Assembly: GCA_951406725.2 (NCBI GenBank)
Contig: OX597828.1
Span: 73,346,001 to 73,410,000, forward strand
Source of the DNA: Octopus vulgaris
Lineage: Eukaryota
DNA length: 64,000 nt
Reading direction: 5' to 3'
In this document: piece by piece, positions 13,539-26,985 of the stretch
How the letters are laid out: each line of letters starts with the position of its first letter
How positions within the stretch are numbered: the first letter of the stretch is position 1
Notes under the pieces: generated by a model
The model's database searches: none
What the model saw: the letters and a program-made list of their open reading frames with translations, nothing else
What the model was told of the DNA's origin: nothing
Program-made: the position numbers and the translations under genes

Positions 13539-13544
13539 TACTGT

Positions 13545-13990
13545 CGATTAAAAGACTCAGTCTTTACTCTCTCCAACGTCGCCGGGAACGCCACATCATT
13601 TGTGTTATGTGGAAAATATTCCATCAATATTACACAAATTATGATAGCATCAATTCTAATATCCATCCAAGACTTGGCCCCCGTGCTATCCGCCCACTAC
13701 AAAAATCAGTACACGTAGCAACATTATATCAAATTACTTCACCTCAACCGGCCCAGCTCTCTTTAATACCAAAATACGTCAAAACGGAGAAAGATCCCAT
13801 AAAATTCAAATGCTCACTGGACAAATTTCTTCAAAAGATCCCGGACCAACCTCGTACACACGGATATGTCTCCAACAATAATAACGCTTTGCTAGACTGG
13901 GCTATGGCGTCCCATATATGACTAAAAGACTTCACCAGGTGGTGCTATTAAGTGAGACATGGCCTGGGCCTATACTGGCTGAAACAAAAT
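13545..13990 (+). mobile_element. CR1-like LINE 3' fragment
   Basis: Translates as LKRLSLYSLQRRRERHII..MWKI, HPRLG and FKCSLDKFLQKIPDQP..GY; tail contains CATGGCC...GGCTGAAAC. Confidence 0.8.
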
Positions 13991-14231
13991 CATGAGAGTT
14001 ATTTTTACATGTATAAACACGTAGATATACACGCACAATGCGCCTACACACTGACACATTTACAGACAGACACACATACATATACGTTACGATATATTCA
14101 ATTATGTACATGCAACATATATATAACTACACGCACATGTGAAGACACGCATTTCCATTTTTATGTGGCTACGATGTTTCGCAAAATTAAGCTTTTCACA
14201 AAAAGTCGCTTGTCTGTCATAGATAGATAGT

Positions 14232-14304
<73 letters not shown>

Positions 14305-14320
14305 TGATAGTTAGATAGAT

Positions 14321-15276
14321 ATGTTTCTTTATTAGCCACACAGGGCTGCACACAGACAGAACAAATTAGAAGGTAGAGCTTTTCTTTTTTAAAGAAAAAA
14401 AAAGGGGGTTGGTTTTCGATCAAAAGGGATCGTAAAAGGAAAGAAAGAGGACAAAAAAAAGGGGAGGATTTAAAAAAAGGGGGGGAGAGGAAAAATAAAG
14501 AAAAGGGGAGAGGAAAATAAGTTGATCAATAGGGATCGTAATCACAGAAATGTCAATATGAAGTGTAAAGGGGAGGACAGGTGAGGTTTACCCGTGGAAA
14601 GAAAAGCCTACGGAAAAGACCACGGTAACCTCGGTCAATGAAGTCATGTTATATTTCGTTTTTTTTTTTTTGCAAATAAACAACTCTCTGTATTAATTTT
14701 TACGGTTCATAGAATCATAGTCAAGGTGGCTTCGTCATTCATACGTGCCATCCTTGCTACATTCACCCATCTTTTTTTAAAACATTCACTAGACAAAACT
14801 TGCCTCTCTACTCTCACTTTCCTCTTCAAGTGATACTTGAAGAAGTTGATGAGAGATTGACCAGAGAGGAAAGTGTTTGTCTCTAATCCTTTCAGGCGCG
14901 TCCACCAGATACATTCTTCCGCCATAGCCACAAGTATGATAAAAATAGCTCTTCCTTCCCGTTTGAAGGAAGGAGGCGTGACGATATTAACGATAGACTC
15001 GGCTGATAAACCGACTCGTCCCACACGTGACAGCAGTCGTTCGACATAAGCCCACAGTTCGGAAATTGCTGGACACTGCACGATTGCGTGCAGAACGGTT
15101 TCGTCGCTCTGCCCGCATCTCGGGCAGGTCGGCCCCGTGTTTCTCGAGCCATGCCTATAGAGCTTATCCCGAACGGGTAGCGCTTCTCGGTAGCACCGCC
15201 AGGCCAGGGATCTCTGGAAGTTGTCCATAGGTCCCGGGCCGAAAGTCGTTTAAAACCGGCGGGTCAGGTATTCCTC
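14321..15276 (-). mobile_element. Tx1/L1-clade LINE, 5'-truncated (zf-RVT C-terminus plus 3' UTR), (GATA)n on both sides
   Basis: ORF 14707..15228 reads LAWRCYREALPVRDKL..CPRCGQSDETVLHAIVQC..LW, the L1/Tx1 zf-RVT CCHC motif; the 3' UTR ends AATAAAGAAACAT directly into (TATC)n. Confidence 0.88.
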
Positions 15277-15293
15277 AGATAGATAGATAGATA

Positions 15294-15554
15294 CATAACT
15301 TTCTTTATTGGCCACACTGGGCTGGACACAGAGGGGACAAATACAACTGTAGAGCTTTTCTTTTCGAAGATGGAAAAGGAAAAAGAAAAGAAAAGGAAAC
15401 AAATGTAAAATTTCGATGAAAAGGGATCGGAAAAAAAAGCCATCAAAAGGGATCGTGTATCGCAGAAAGAAAAAAAATTGTTTTCAATGTAACAAACAAG
15501 ATTAGGTTAATCCGTGGGAAGAAAAGCCTACAGAAAAGACCACGGTAACCTCGG
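15294..15554 (-). mobile_element. Second, short 3'-UTR copy of the same Tx1-like LINE
   Basis: Shares 'ttctttattggccacac', 'agggatcgt', 'ccgtgg.aagaaaagcctac' and 'gaaaagaccacggtaacctcgg' with 14321-14635. Confidence 0.85.
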
Positions 15555-16322
15555 CAGGTAGGAAATAAATACATGAGAGCAAAGTAGAGTGAGTGAGTGG
15601 GGTGGTGGAATTGTATGGATTATTCCAAAGGTGAATTTTATTACATGAACGTAACGTTTGCATGTTTCAAACTTTGTGACGTTAAGACAACGAGTTTTTA
15701 CAAAAATAATTTCACGGTATTTTAATATAGCATCTATTGGAGAAAAAAAAATTCAGTTTCGCAGTAAAGTAAATTCAGTTGTACTTACAGAAAAACAAAA
15801 TAATTAATATACTCTTGTGTATAAATAAGCGTATACCTAATCAAACATATACACCGTATTATACATCTACGTTAATCATTACTTAAATATTTTAGTTTCA
15901 GAAATTTTTTGATGTAACTCCTAGGGCCATCTATTGTTCATGTATTCATAATTTCATCTAAACATAATTATTTCTCATTCTATAGATATAACATACTTAA
16001 ATTTCTTGTTCTTAAGATTCACGTATTTGTTTAATACATGAAAGATTCCGCAAAAAAATATTTTAAAACAGACAGTTTTTTTCCTTACAGCAAAGTTTCT
16101 TCGTCGTCTGACATTTAATTCAATTTGTATATTTTTTAGCTCCTTCTTATCATGTATCTTGAATATAAATAATCCCACACAAACGTAGCTCGGCGATTTT
16201 CAATTTGTTTGCATTTCATCCTCTGTCAACAAGTCTACTCCATCTTTTACAGATATTTCCATCTCTTCATACGCGTTACCTGGATACACAGAGACATATA
16301 CATATGCACGCAGTCACACGCA

Positions 16323-16679
<357 letters not shown>

Positions 16680-16948
16680 GGTTAGGGGCAGCGAACTCGC
16701 GGTCGTAGGATCGCAGTTTCGATTCCCAGACCGGGCGTTGTGAGTGTTTATTGAGCGAAAACACCTATAGCTCCACGAGTCTCCGACAGGGGGTGGTGGT
16801 GATCCCTGCTGTACTCTTTCGCCACAACTTTCTCTCACTCTCATTGGGGTGGCGTCATTTAAAGGCTAAAAAACAATGCGAAGCGCATTGTGACCACCGA
16901 TGTGTAGCAACATCTGATAGCCTGGTCGGTCACGGTGATCACGGTGAT
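16680..16948 (+). mobile_element. SINE with family C head and alternative tail X
   Basis: Head matches 47876-48035; tail 'aagcgcattgtgacca.cgatgt.ta.caacatctgatag.ctggtcg' matches ~32273-32325. Confidence 0.85.
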
Positions 16949-17886
16949 ATATATATATATATATATTATATTATATTATATTATATTATATAAGCTTAAA
17001 GCTTATAAGCGATCACCGTTTATTGACTAAAATCAATAATCTAATATTGGGGCCTGTTAGCCCTCGATAGAAAAACGTGGGTTTTCCGTACGCGTAGAGC
17101 CTTAGGCAGGCGTTTTCTATTATTATGAACTCAAGTCGATCAAAGCCTTCTAAGTGAATACGGTCAGATGAAATTGAAATACGGTAGAAGGAAATCCGTG
17201 TACATATGCACGTGCAAGTGTGTGCGTTTGTTTGTATTTTGGAAAGTTCCCAGCAATGGGTAAAAGAAAATACAGGAGGATCCACGCACTTATTGCAGGG
17301 ATCCTTCAGGTTTTCCAAGCCCTGTAAAAGAACTGTTCGGCCCCAGCCAGGCATTTGAAGAAACCCTTACAAACGGGTACTATTCAGGAACCCCTCTCGT
17401 ATGTATATTATACACACACTGACTCACACACATACACAAAGCACACGCACTTTCAAATACACACAAACGCAAACCACACATACACACATATACATACATA
17501 CATACATATATATATATTCATAATACATAAATGCATGCATACATATATACATACATACATACATACATAAATACATCCATCCATACATACACACATACAT
17601 GCATGCATATATACATTCATAATACATAAACGCATGTATACATGCATACATACACACATACATTCATGCATCCATCCATCCATCCATCCATACATACATA
17701 CATACATGCATACAAGCATACATACACATACATAATTAAAAAACAAGAGCGGAGAGTTTGGTTTGCTCTGAGATAATTCTCTTAGAAGAACAATGCACCT
17801 GATTCCAAAATAAACTCAGATGACGTGAATGAGCAATAAATACATAAAGTGTGTGGTGTATGTACACATGTGTGTGTGGTGTGTGA

Positions 17887-17976
<90 letters not shown>

Positions 17977-18722
17977 CGTGCATATATACACACACAAGCA
18001 CACGCACATATATATACACTCACGCGCACACACATATGCACACATATATACATATATATGTGTGTATTATAGATGCCTTGGCGTGCTCAATACAACTCTA
18101 CGTTAGAAGTCTGTAAACAGAGATATATGCTTATTGCTACGTAAGATGTCGAGGATTACGTAGTTAAACCAACTGCGCACACACGAGGAATGCTTAGGAA
18201 TGCCGGCGTCTGATGCAAGAATTCTGTCTGGGTGTTGAAGAGGACGACGGAGTTGGAGGTTGTGAGGCAAAAGAAAAGCAAAGAGAAATGCTTTTACAAC
18301 CTGGGACACCTGCTTTGGGAATTTGTTTCCTAGTATCTAGATTGTGAAGACGACAGGCTGAGTGTTGAGTGGAGTCAGATCAGAAGCAATTCCTCTTTCA
18401 TTCTCTTTCTCTACTTCTCCATCTATCTCTGTCTCCAGACAAACACACACACACACGTCTGCAAGCACAGAGGTAGGAACATAGAGACGTATGCAAACAC
18501 ACACAAACGTATATATCGTTTGTAGAAACAGATAAAGCCGGAGAAAAAGCACACTCTAAGATGTAGAGCAGTTAATATTATAATATAATATTATACATCT
18601 TTAAAATATTTCTTTAAAATATTTCAAATAGCTCTCAGGCCAGCAGGTCTGAAGAAACTCCATAAGGCTAACCCTTTTTTGAGCGAGAAATCCAGGGTAA
18701 CCACATAAACCGGCCTGCTCCT

Positions 18723-18769
<47 letters not shown>

Positions 18770-19329
18770 GCATAGAAATTTCACGTTGACTGGAACTTCA
18801 AATTTCACCTAGACGGTTACTAATTACGCAAATGGTTGGAAAAGGCAGGAGATAAAACTTGACGTTCACGTCAGCTCGAATTTTATAATAGATTTGTATC
18901 TAGACTCATGCTTGAAATGACCTTCATCAGATGTGTTTTTGTTATTCTTGAAGTTGCATTAAAATAATAACCTCATTTCAACTGATGACAATTCTATTCT
19001 GTGCTAATTACATCTTGAGTCCATATCTTGTCGGTAAATACATTGTCGTCTGCCAAATCTATCGTCTGTAACTGTATCAATGAATATCGTTAAATACTTT
19101 TGTTTTCGCTGTTTTGTTTGTTTTGTATTTTGCCAAAGAAAGACATCGCATTTCATTGATTATACAAATGAAATTGGAATACAAAAAGTATATAATGTGA
19201 AATATATTCAATTTATTCAATATAAACAAATCAAAGTTAATTTTAAAAACAGAATCTCAAAACAGTGCAGAAAACATTCTAAATTGAAAGAGGAGAGAAA
19301 TAATCTACAACGACATATTATAAACACTG

Positions 19330-19720
19330 CCTCTTAAACGATCCATGTTTTTTTGCGATTTTGAAATTCATGCTCCATAGTTTAGTTTCTCGTCACAGTA
19401 TCTTTGTCTTTGCATCTTTTGGTCATATACTTTTGGGTCTCTTCGTCTCTTTGCCACGACCGAGAAGTGTTTTCCCATCGTCTCGCCAAGCATCTCACCT
19501 GGTATGTTCCGTTATTATTTCAATCCTTGATTGTTCTATTTGAAGATATCTAAATATATTCAGTTCGTTGTTTGGAATCTCACGATTAATTCACCATATG
19601 ATAGCAGCAAACGGTCACAATTGTTCGTCTTAGAGGTAATTTCCAGGACTGCAGCGGAGGAATTGCAATGAATTTTGTAAAATTGCAGCATCGGCAAATC
19701 GCTATGCTTCGTCAGATTCT
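19330..19720 (-). mobile_element. Very decayed RTE-like LINE RT fragment
   Basis: Minus-strand remnants RFADAAIL, FRYL and KLNYGA occur in the order of the RTE motifs LRFADD, FKYLG and LLYG.ETW. Confidence 0.35.
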
Positions 19721-19831
19721 TTAAATTCTATGGTCAACTCTCGTCGAGATGAACATTACTTCCATGCTTTGGGGTCTATAAAATATTCGACCAAAGAAGT
19801 ACATTGAGTGATTATATTAATATACATCCCA

Positions 19832-20050
19832 AGGCCGCGAGCAGGCAGAATCATTAGCACGCCGGGCAAAATGCTGTGCGGCATTTTGTCCGTCTTTACA
19901 TTCTGGGTTCAAATTTCGCCACGATCGACTTTGCCTTTTCATCGTTTTCGAGTCGATAAAAAAGGTACCAGTTGAATACTGGGGCCGATGTAATCGACTC
20001 ATTACCCTCACTCCAAATTGCAGCCCTTGTGGTAAAATTTGAAACCATAT
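19832..20050 (+). mobile_element. SINE family B, diverged
   Basis: ggcagaatcattagcacgccggg...gggttcaaatttcgcc...gtaccagttg. Confidence 0.82.
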
Positions 20051-20089
20051 TAATATACATCCTCCCATAAAAATGACAGGATTCTTTTC

Positions 20090-20430
20090 ATTGGTTCAGT
20101 CATTCAACTGCGCCCATACTGGGGCACAGCTTTGAAGAATCTTCACTCAGGTGAATCGTTTCCAGTACTTTTGTTTTGAAACCTGGTACTCACTTTATCG
20201 GAAACTTTTGGTGTACCACTATCATCCGGAGCCGTAACACATCAACACCGGTTGCCAAGCACTAGAGGGGGGGGGAAACACAGACACAAAGACTAACACA
20301 AACACACACACACAAACAGATACATATATGACGGGCTCTTTTCAGTTTCCGTTTATCAAATCCGTCCAGGATATATTGCACTAGAACCCTAAACCACGGG
20401 GTTGGGAAGCAAACGTTTTGCCACAGAGCC
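20090..20430 (-). mobile_element. SINE family A, old copy
   Basis: Reverse-strand tail, internal CA tract and 'ttcagtttccgt' recognisable. Confidence 0.65.
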
Positions 20431-21225
20431 CCGCAGTCAATTAGAAAAACTATGCAGGGTTACGCCGAGGTGACGCGTATGCGTATCAATATCTGTTTAT
20501 CGAAACCCATTTGATGTGCATCGGCGCATGACGTGGATGCATTGAATGGTCACGTGATGAATTTCGATTTTGGTAACATACATGAATAACTGTGAACCCA
20601 GGGGGCAGGGTAGTCGTTAAATTTCAACGCTTTCTGCCATGCGTATCCAAATTGATATATTTATCATCTAACATCCATTTCAATGGTTTTCTTTGATTTT
20701 TTTTTCACCTCTGCAATTTAGGCGGCTAATGAAGGATCCATGTTTATAATTAAGGACCACCTGTTGTCAAATTCCTGACTAAGTTTGTGATAGGAATCTG
20801 ATATGCAGGTGTGATAATGGAACAATATATTTCGTTGGCTGATGTCTGGGGAGCGAGAAAAATATATGGATTAATGCCAGTTGGGAGACAACACATACGC
20901 ACGTGTACGCACGCACCGCACGTATGCATGCAAGCAAGCAAGCAAGCACGCGCATACATGCATACATACATATTGACACACACATATATGCAAGCACAAA
21001 ACACACACGCACCACGCACGCACATACACACACACACATATATATATGTAGGTATGAATATATGAATTTGCATTTAAACGCTTTTACTCCCCATATTTTT
21101 AACACAGGAAATCCAACTACGTACTTTCTTTCAAACCTAACCTCTTTTTCTACTTTTCTGAATTATTCCGTTCTCTCTAAATTCTTTCTCTCTTTGTCTA
21201 TAAAAATGCGTGTATATATATTACT

Positions 21226-21624
21226 CTTTTACGCTTTTACTCTTTTACTCTTTTACTTGTTTCAGTCATTTGACTGCGGCCATGCTGGAGCACCGCCTTT
21301 AGTCGAGCAACTCGACCCCGGGACTTATTCTTTGTAAGCCCAGTACTTATTCTATCGGTCTCTTTTGCCGAACCGCTAAGTGACGGGGACGTAAACACAC
21401 CAGCATCGGTTGTCAAGCAATGCTAGGGGGACAAACACAGACACACAAACATATATATACATATATACGACAGGCTTCTTTCAGTTTCCGTCTACCAAAT
21501 CCACTCACAAAGCATTGGTTGGCCCGGGGCTATAGCAGAAGACACTTGCGAAGATGCCACGCAGTGGGACTGAACCCGGAACCATGTGCTTGGTTAGCAA
21601 GCTACTTACCACACAGCCACTCCT
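21226..21624 (-). mobile_element. SINE family A, full length, little diverged
   Basis: Complete reverse-complement match with a (GTAAAAGA)n tail. Confidence 0.93.
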
Positions 21625-21648
21625 ATATATATATATATGCATGTATAC

Positions 21649-21689
<41 letters not shown>

Positions 21690-21690
<1 letters not shown>

Positions 21691-22090
21691 GCATCTCATC
21701 TCTCCCCTCTCCCCCTCCCCCTCATCTCTCATCCCTCCTCCTCCCCTCTCCCCTCATCTTCTCTCTCATACACACACGCACCCTTATGTTGGGGCGAAGT
21801 CATTTGACCCTGTTATCTCCCCTTCTTTCCCTCTTGCGTCTCACGTCTGATCTCTGACTTCTGGCCGAAATCAGACCGCCATGTTGATTCGCTAGCTTCT
21901 GCACGCATTTTTTTTCTCTCCTTGTTTCTCTCCGTGTTTCTTTTCTGTGTATCTTTCTGTTGAAGAGCGTAGGCTCGAAACGTAAAAGACTTGTTTTATT
22001 TCTATTCCTGAGCGCCATACTAATACAATTGTTTGTTTGTACTCCACCTGCCTTCGTCTTTTGTTTATTTTCATAAAGCTTCCCGTTATA
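21690..22090 (+). mobile_element. Penelope-like terminal repeat (pLTR-like) carrying a minimal hammerhead motif, flanked by (TA)n
   Basis: Pyrimidine-rich body, hammerhead motif at 21952-21989, and a 3' segment 'ttcctgagcg..aatac..ttgtt' shared with 6825-6900 and ~30175-30260. Confidence 0.6.
21952..21989 (+). ncRNA. Minimal type I hammerhead ribozyme-like motif (variant core CUGUUGA)
   Basis: tcttt-CTGTTGA-A-GAGC(gtag)GCTC-GAAA-CG-TA-aaaga: stem I tcttt/aaaga, 4-bp stem II, palindromic ACGT stem III, GUA cleavage triplet. Confidence 0.65.
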
Positions 22091-22091
22091 C

Positions 22092-22142
<51 letters not shown>

Positions 22143-22223
22143 AATTTTTCTCTATCTATGAGCGAAAACCTTTCGCTCATATATGTATATATATATATAT
22201 GGATGTATATATATATATCTATA

Positions 22224-22289
<66 letters not shown>

Positions 22290-22817
22290 TGTACATATAT
22301 ATACTAATGCCTACTCATACATACACTCACAAGAGGAGAAAGAAAGAAGGGGAGGAAAGAGGAAGAGAGAATAAAAGAGAAAGTGGTACGAGTATACAGT
22401 ATGGCCGAAAGGTTGTGAACTTTGCTTCGGTAACTCGGATTCTCAAGATCAATTTGCTTGTAAGATATCTTTGTCAAACGTCATTTTCTGTCGCCGCAGG
22501 TGACTTACAACTTGAAATTGGTTAATCGGAAACTATAGCGAAGCCCGCGGATTGAGTGTACCAGTAATTCATATGGGTACAGCCTTTTCATGTACCATAT
22601 TATGGTAATTCTGCTAGAGAATCGCTTTAAGCATATGTATGTCTGAGGAATACTCACCCATTAGGATCTTAAATTTCTATTGGTCAGGTAATTTATGCGA
22701 TTGAAAAACGGAATACTAATTACTGAAACGAGTTGATATTTATACATTCACTTATCAATCTATTATCTATCTATCTAGCTAGCTATCTGTCTGTCTGACA
22801 ATCTATCTATCTGTCTA

Positions 22818-22870
<53 letters not shown>

Positions 22871-22934
22871 ATATTTATCTATCTTATCTATCTAAATATA
22901 TATATACAATATATATATATATTTATATATATGC

Positions 22935-22974
<40 letters not shown>

Positions 22975-23062
22975 ATATGTATATATGTATACATATATTT
23001 ATGTATATATATATGTGTCTGTGTGTATGTGTAGACACACACGCATATATATATATGTGTAC

Positions 23063-23094
<32 letters not shown>

Positions 23095-23377
23095 GCGCGC
23101 CTCTATCTATTTATCTACCTATCCACGTATGTGAATGTGTGAGTATAGGTTTGTGTGCACTTCATATGCCTATAGATGAAGCGCAATTAAGGCTTTAGGA
23201 AGTTACGCAACCGAGAATTAAGATTATTTCATTACTTCGTTTCAGCTTCCTATATATTTCGATTTTAGCTCAATTTTAAACGATTGCATTATACTGAAAG
23301 GCTGAAACACTGCTGCTTGTCACGAAATGACATAAGGTAATTAACAAATATATATACATATATATACACGCACATAT

Positions 23378-23421
<44 letters not shown>

Positions 23422-23779
23422 GTACGTATGTATGTATGTATGTATGTTTGTATGCATTTACATACATACATGCATACATACGTACATACATACATACATG
23501 CATGCATACATACATACATACTTGCGTACATAAATTTATGTATAATAGCCCAATTTAATAAACTTGAAGGCTACTGTCAAAGTAAGGGATTTTAACACGT
23601 TAAGTTCCCGAAAATGAATATTATTTATTAAATTATCTCGTTATAACTTTGCAGCATGCTGCGATCTTCCTATACTTATAGACACAAGCTTTGCCTCCAA
23701 GAATGTATTTGTAAAGTACTGCGATCTGAGATCACAATTGCACAGCAGACACCATTTACAGGACGCGAATGTCATGCAC

Positions 23780-24470
23780 AGTAACAGTCTTGGATATCAC
23801 CAATATTTGGATATCCAAATGCATATCACCAAGATGGCAACAAAGTGGTGAAAACTGGTAAGATGGATACTAAGATCCTTGAAGGCAAGGGACCAAGAGG
23901 TCATGTTGATCTTGTAATGAACATTTGTTCTCAGCTGCCTGGACTATTGATCTCAGCTGTGGACACCACATAGCGCCAAACTAACAGCTGAGTTTGGAGG
24001 GACCCAATGACCCTACGCTGAATAAATCGTAAGAGTGCAGCTGATGAACTACAGAGAGATTTAAAACAAAAGTACGACTTACACCTTTATACGAAGATGC
24101 GACAGATATGTAATAATCTATATGTGGAAAATAAGTGGAAAATATGTGGAAAATAAGGCGGCGAGCTGGCAGAAACGTTAGCACGCCGGGCGAAATGCGT
24201 AGCCGTATTTCGTCTGCTGTTACGTTCTGAGTTCAAATTCCGCCGAGGTCGACTTTGCCTTTCATCCTTTCGGGGTCGATAAATTAAGTACCAGTTACGT
24301 ACTGGGGTCGATGTAATCGATTTAATCCGTTTGTCTGTCCTTGTTCGTCCCCTTGTGGGTAGTAAAGAAATATATATGTGGAAAATTCTGGAAGACCTAA
24401 TGCCTAATTCCGGAATGGAGTATTATGCAAATCCCCGAATTGGACGCCGTTGCATTGTACCGAAGAAAGG
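23780..24470 (+). mobile_element. CR1-like LINE C-terminal fragment, split by a SINE B insertion
   Basis: WILRSLKARDQEVML..FVLSCLDY.SQLWTP and RYVIIYMWKI, resuming after the SINE as MWKILEDLMPNSG..PRIGRRCIVP. Confidence 0.75.
24157..24371 (+). mobile_element. SINE family B with 13-bp TSD (ATATGTGGAAAAT)
   Basis: TSD copies at 24142-24154 and 24374-24386. Confidence 0.93.
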
Positions 24471-24766
24471 TATTGTCCCCCTCGTTTAAAGTCAGGTACC
24501 GTCCACTCCATTCCCATTCTTCCGTAACTTCGTCTCTAGCTCTACCTCTCCTACGACCACTACTCGACTCCCCGCCTACAACCCACTCAACTCACTCCCC
24601 TACCTCTTCCTGCCACGAGCTTAACGCTAACCTAATGGGACTCGAACATTCTATTTTCAACATCTTACAAATTGTTCTCTTCCTTCTAAAAAGTTTTCTA
24701 TATCCCCGTTTCTCACTCTAAAATTTCTGCGTTGATATCTCGGGTAATAGTGAGAACCATTGACTT

Positions 24767-26740
24767 CAGGGTTGCCAATTTAGCATATTCTATGCTAGAG
24801 CTAGCATTTTTTTTCCCAGCATTTAGCAGAAATTTTTTTAATCTAGCATTTAGCAGAGCGAAAATAGCAGGTTTAAAATTTTATTTAGCATCTTTTAAGA
24901 ATTTTTCTCTGATCATGACATTTCCAAAAGTGTTACCCTTTATTCTTATTTTTTCCTCCCTTTTTACTTTCGTTAAAGTATCTTACAGCCAGAGTTTCGT
25001 ACTATCAGCTATTCTTAAATTTTTCTTTCACTTTCTTGAAACTTCAAATGAAAGTTTATCAAAAGGAAGTTTATCAAGTTATGAACTTTTCCAGCCCCCT
25101 CCCCCACCGGCTTGGATACAGAGTGGTGCTGGTGGGGGGAGGGAGAAGATAACTCATGTAAGCAACTGAACTCACTACACAATAATGTAAATATGTTGCA
25201 AAAAATTAAAGCATGGAAATTCTTCCTAACGATGCTTTATTTTGTACTGATGAGTTTTTATCATCATAACAGGTTGACTGATCGACTTTCAGTTTGACTG
25301 TTTTAAAATATATCTGTGTTTTTTCATGCTTGTTTTGGATTATATATCGTGTGTAGAAGTACGGGGGTGGCGGAGTCTCCCCCCTGTATATTTCTACTTA
25401 CTTTTTTTCTCAAGTATTGTAGCTATATTTGTGGTTTTATCAGTAGATATTAAATGTAAGATTGGAAGCCGAATATGATGTTTCCAGGTTTATATCAGAA
25501 CAGTTTTAGGATTTCTGCAGTTTTCACTTTTCCATTTATAAGTTGGCCACCCTGCCTCCTGAATCAATATTCTTCACCTCAAGAATTTGTAAGCAGCAAA
25601 CATTAGAAGTGTTAATGACCAATGGAAGAATCGTTAGCGGCAAACTGATAAGATGTGTTTTCAATTATATATTTTTATTAAGCATTCAATTTATTTTCTT
25701 GCTTCCCACCACATTATAATGAGCAAAGAAAAAACAAAGTTGTACCAGCAAAAATTCTGAAAGGAATGACTTAAGATGCCAGCGTCTACTAAGTGGATGT
25801 GTGAAGTACCTAGTGACCAATCTAAAGCACATTGCAGATATTGTAGATGCAATATGTTGGTAAAATATTCTCTTTTAGTAATCCACTGTGAAACAAAGAA
25901 ACATAAGGCATCAGCTGCACAGCAAATGATTCCTCTTACCAGTTTTATTAAAACCAAAAGGGATAAGACATCTGTGCTTGAAGCAAATTTAGCAATGTTT
26001 ATTTGTTGCCATCCATCATTTAATAACTGCAAGTTATGTAAGAATTATATGTTTGATAGTGATATTATATCCAAAGTGAAGTTGCATCGCACAAAATGTG
26101 CACATATTGTGAGAAATGTTGTAGCTCCATATTTTGATGGAGATTTGATTTCTGATTTAGGAGATAGAAAATTTACCCTGTTATTAGATGAATCCAATGA
26201 TATATCGATAAGCAAGTTGTTAGGAATTGTTATCATATATTATAGTGACACTCACAAAAAAAAGTGGTACCTACATATCTCAGTATGGTATCTTTAGAAC
26301 ATGTGATGCAGATGACATTGTAGATGCCTTAAAAATCGAATTAGTGAAAAACACATTAGATATAAAAAATTTACTAGGTTTACGAACTGACGATGCTAGA
26401 GTAATGATAGGAGTCAACAATGGTATTTTCCAGAAATTAAAAAAAGTTCCATCATTACTTCTATTTAGATATATATGTCATTCTTTACGGTTGGCAGTAT
26501 CCCACACTTGTGCTGAATGCTTGCCCATAAATTTAGAATTTTTAGTATCCGAAACCTATAAATGGTCCTCTCATTCTTCAACAAGACAAAGTGCCACCCA
26601 AAAACTTTACGTTGTTATCAATGATAAAGAGCCTTCGAAGATTGGGATTACTTGTACAACTAGGTGCCTGCCAATAGAACCAGCGGTAAATAGAATTTTA
26701 AGCCAAGGGTTTGAATTGCAAACTCACTTCCAAACTACAA
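24767..26740 (+). mobile_element. hAT-superfamily transposon: left end plus truncated transposase
   Basis: Begins CAGGGTTGCCAA followed by several TTTAGCA subterminal repeats; coding remnant downstream. Confidence 0.7.
25719..26740 (+). pseudogene. hAT transposase pseudogene (zinc finger plus N-terminal part of the DDE domain)
   Basis: C.YC..(H..TKKH) zinc finger, FTLLLDESND (first Asp), RTDDARVMIG, YICHSLRLA (CxxH-like), TRCL (TRWL-like); stops and a frameshift; runs into a TA microsatellite. Confidence 0.85.
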
Positions 26741-26839
26741 CTACATATATGTATGTATGTATACGTACTTACATACTCTCACATATATACATATACACGC
26801 ATACACACGCATATACATTTATATATATGTACGTATGTT

Positions 26840-26895
<56 letters not shown>

Positions 26896-26985
26896 AATAT
26901 ATATATATATACATATATATATATGATTTGCCTAATAGTGGTTTTATCTCTAATTTAATATAATATAATATATATACATATATAT

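Noticed and set aside
18090-18345. Possible second Jockey/CR1-like LINE remnant on the minus strand
   Set aside because: Only faint motif resemblance; too degraded to support without a profile search.
18642-18719. Hammerhead-like arrangement agcaggt-CTGAAGA...GAAA...gcctgct
   Set aside because: Stem I pairs, but no NUH triplet precedes the 3' strand and stems II/III are not convincing; at best a heavily decayed copy.
20455-20660. CpG-rich block starting CAGGGTTACGCCGAGGTGACGCGTATGCGTATC (possible promoter or DNA-transposon end)
   Set aside because: No partner inverted repeat, TSD or downstream gene; cannot be assigned.
24732-25169. 145-aa ORF in non-microsatellite sequence
   Set aside because: Overlaps the subterminal repeats of the hAT element, has a non-ATG start and no recognisable domain.
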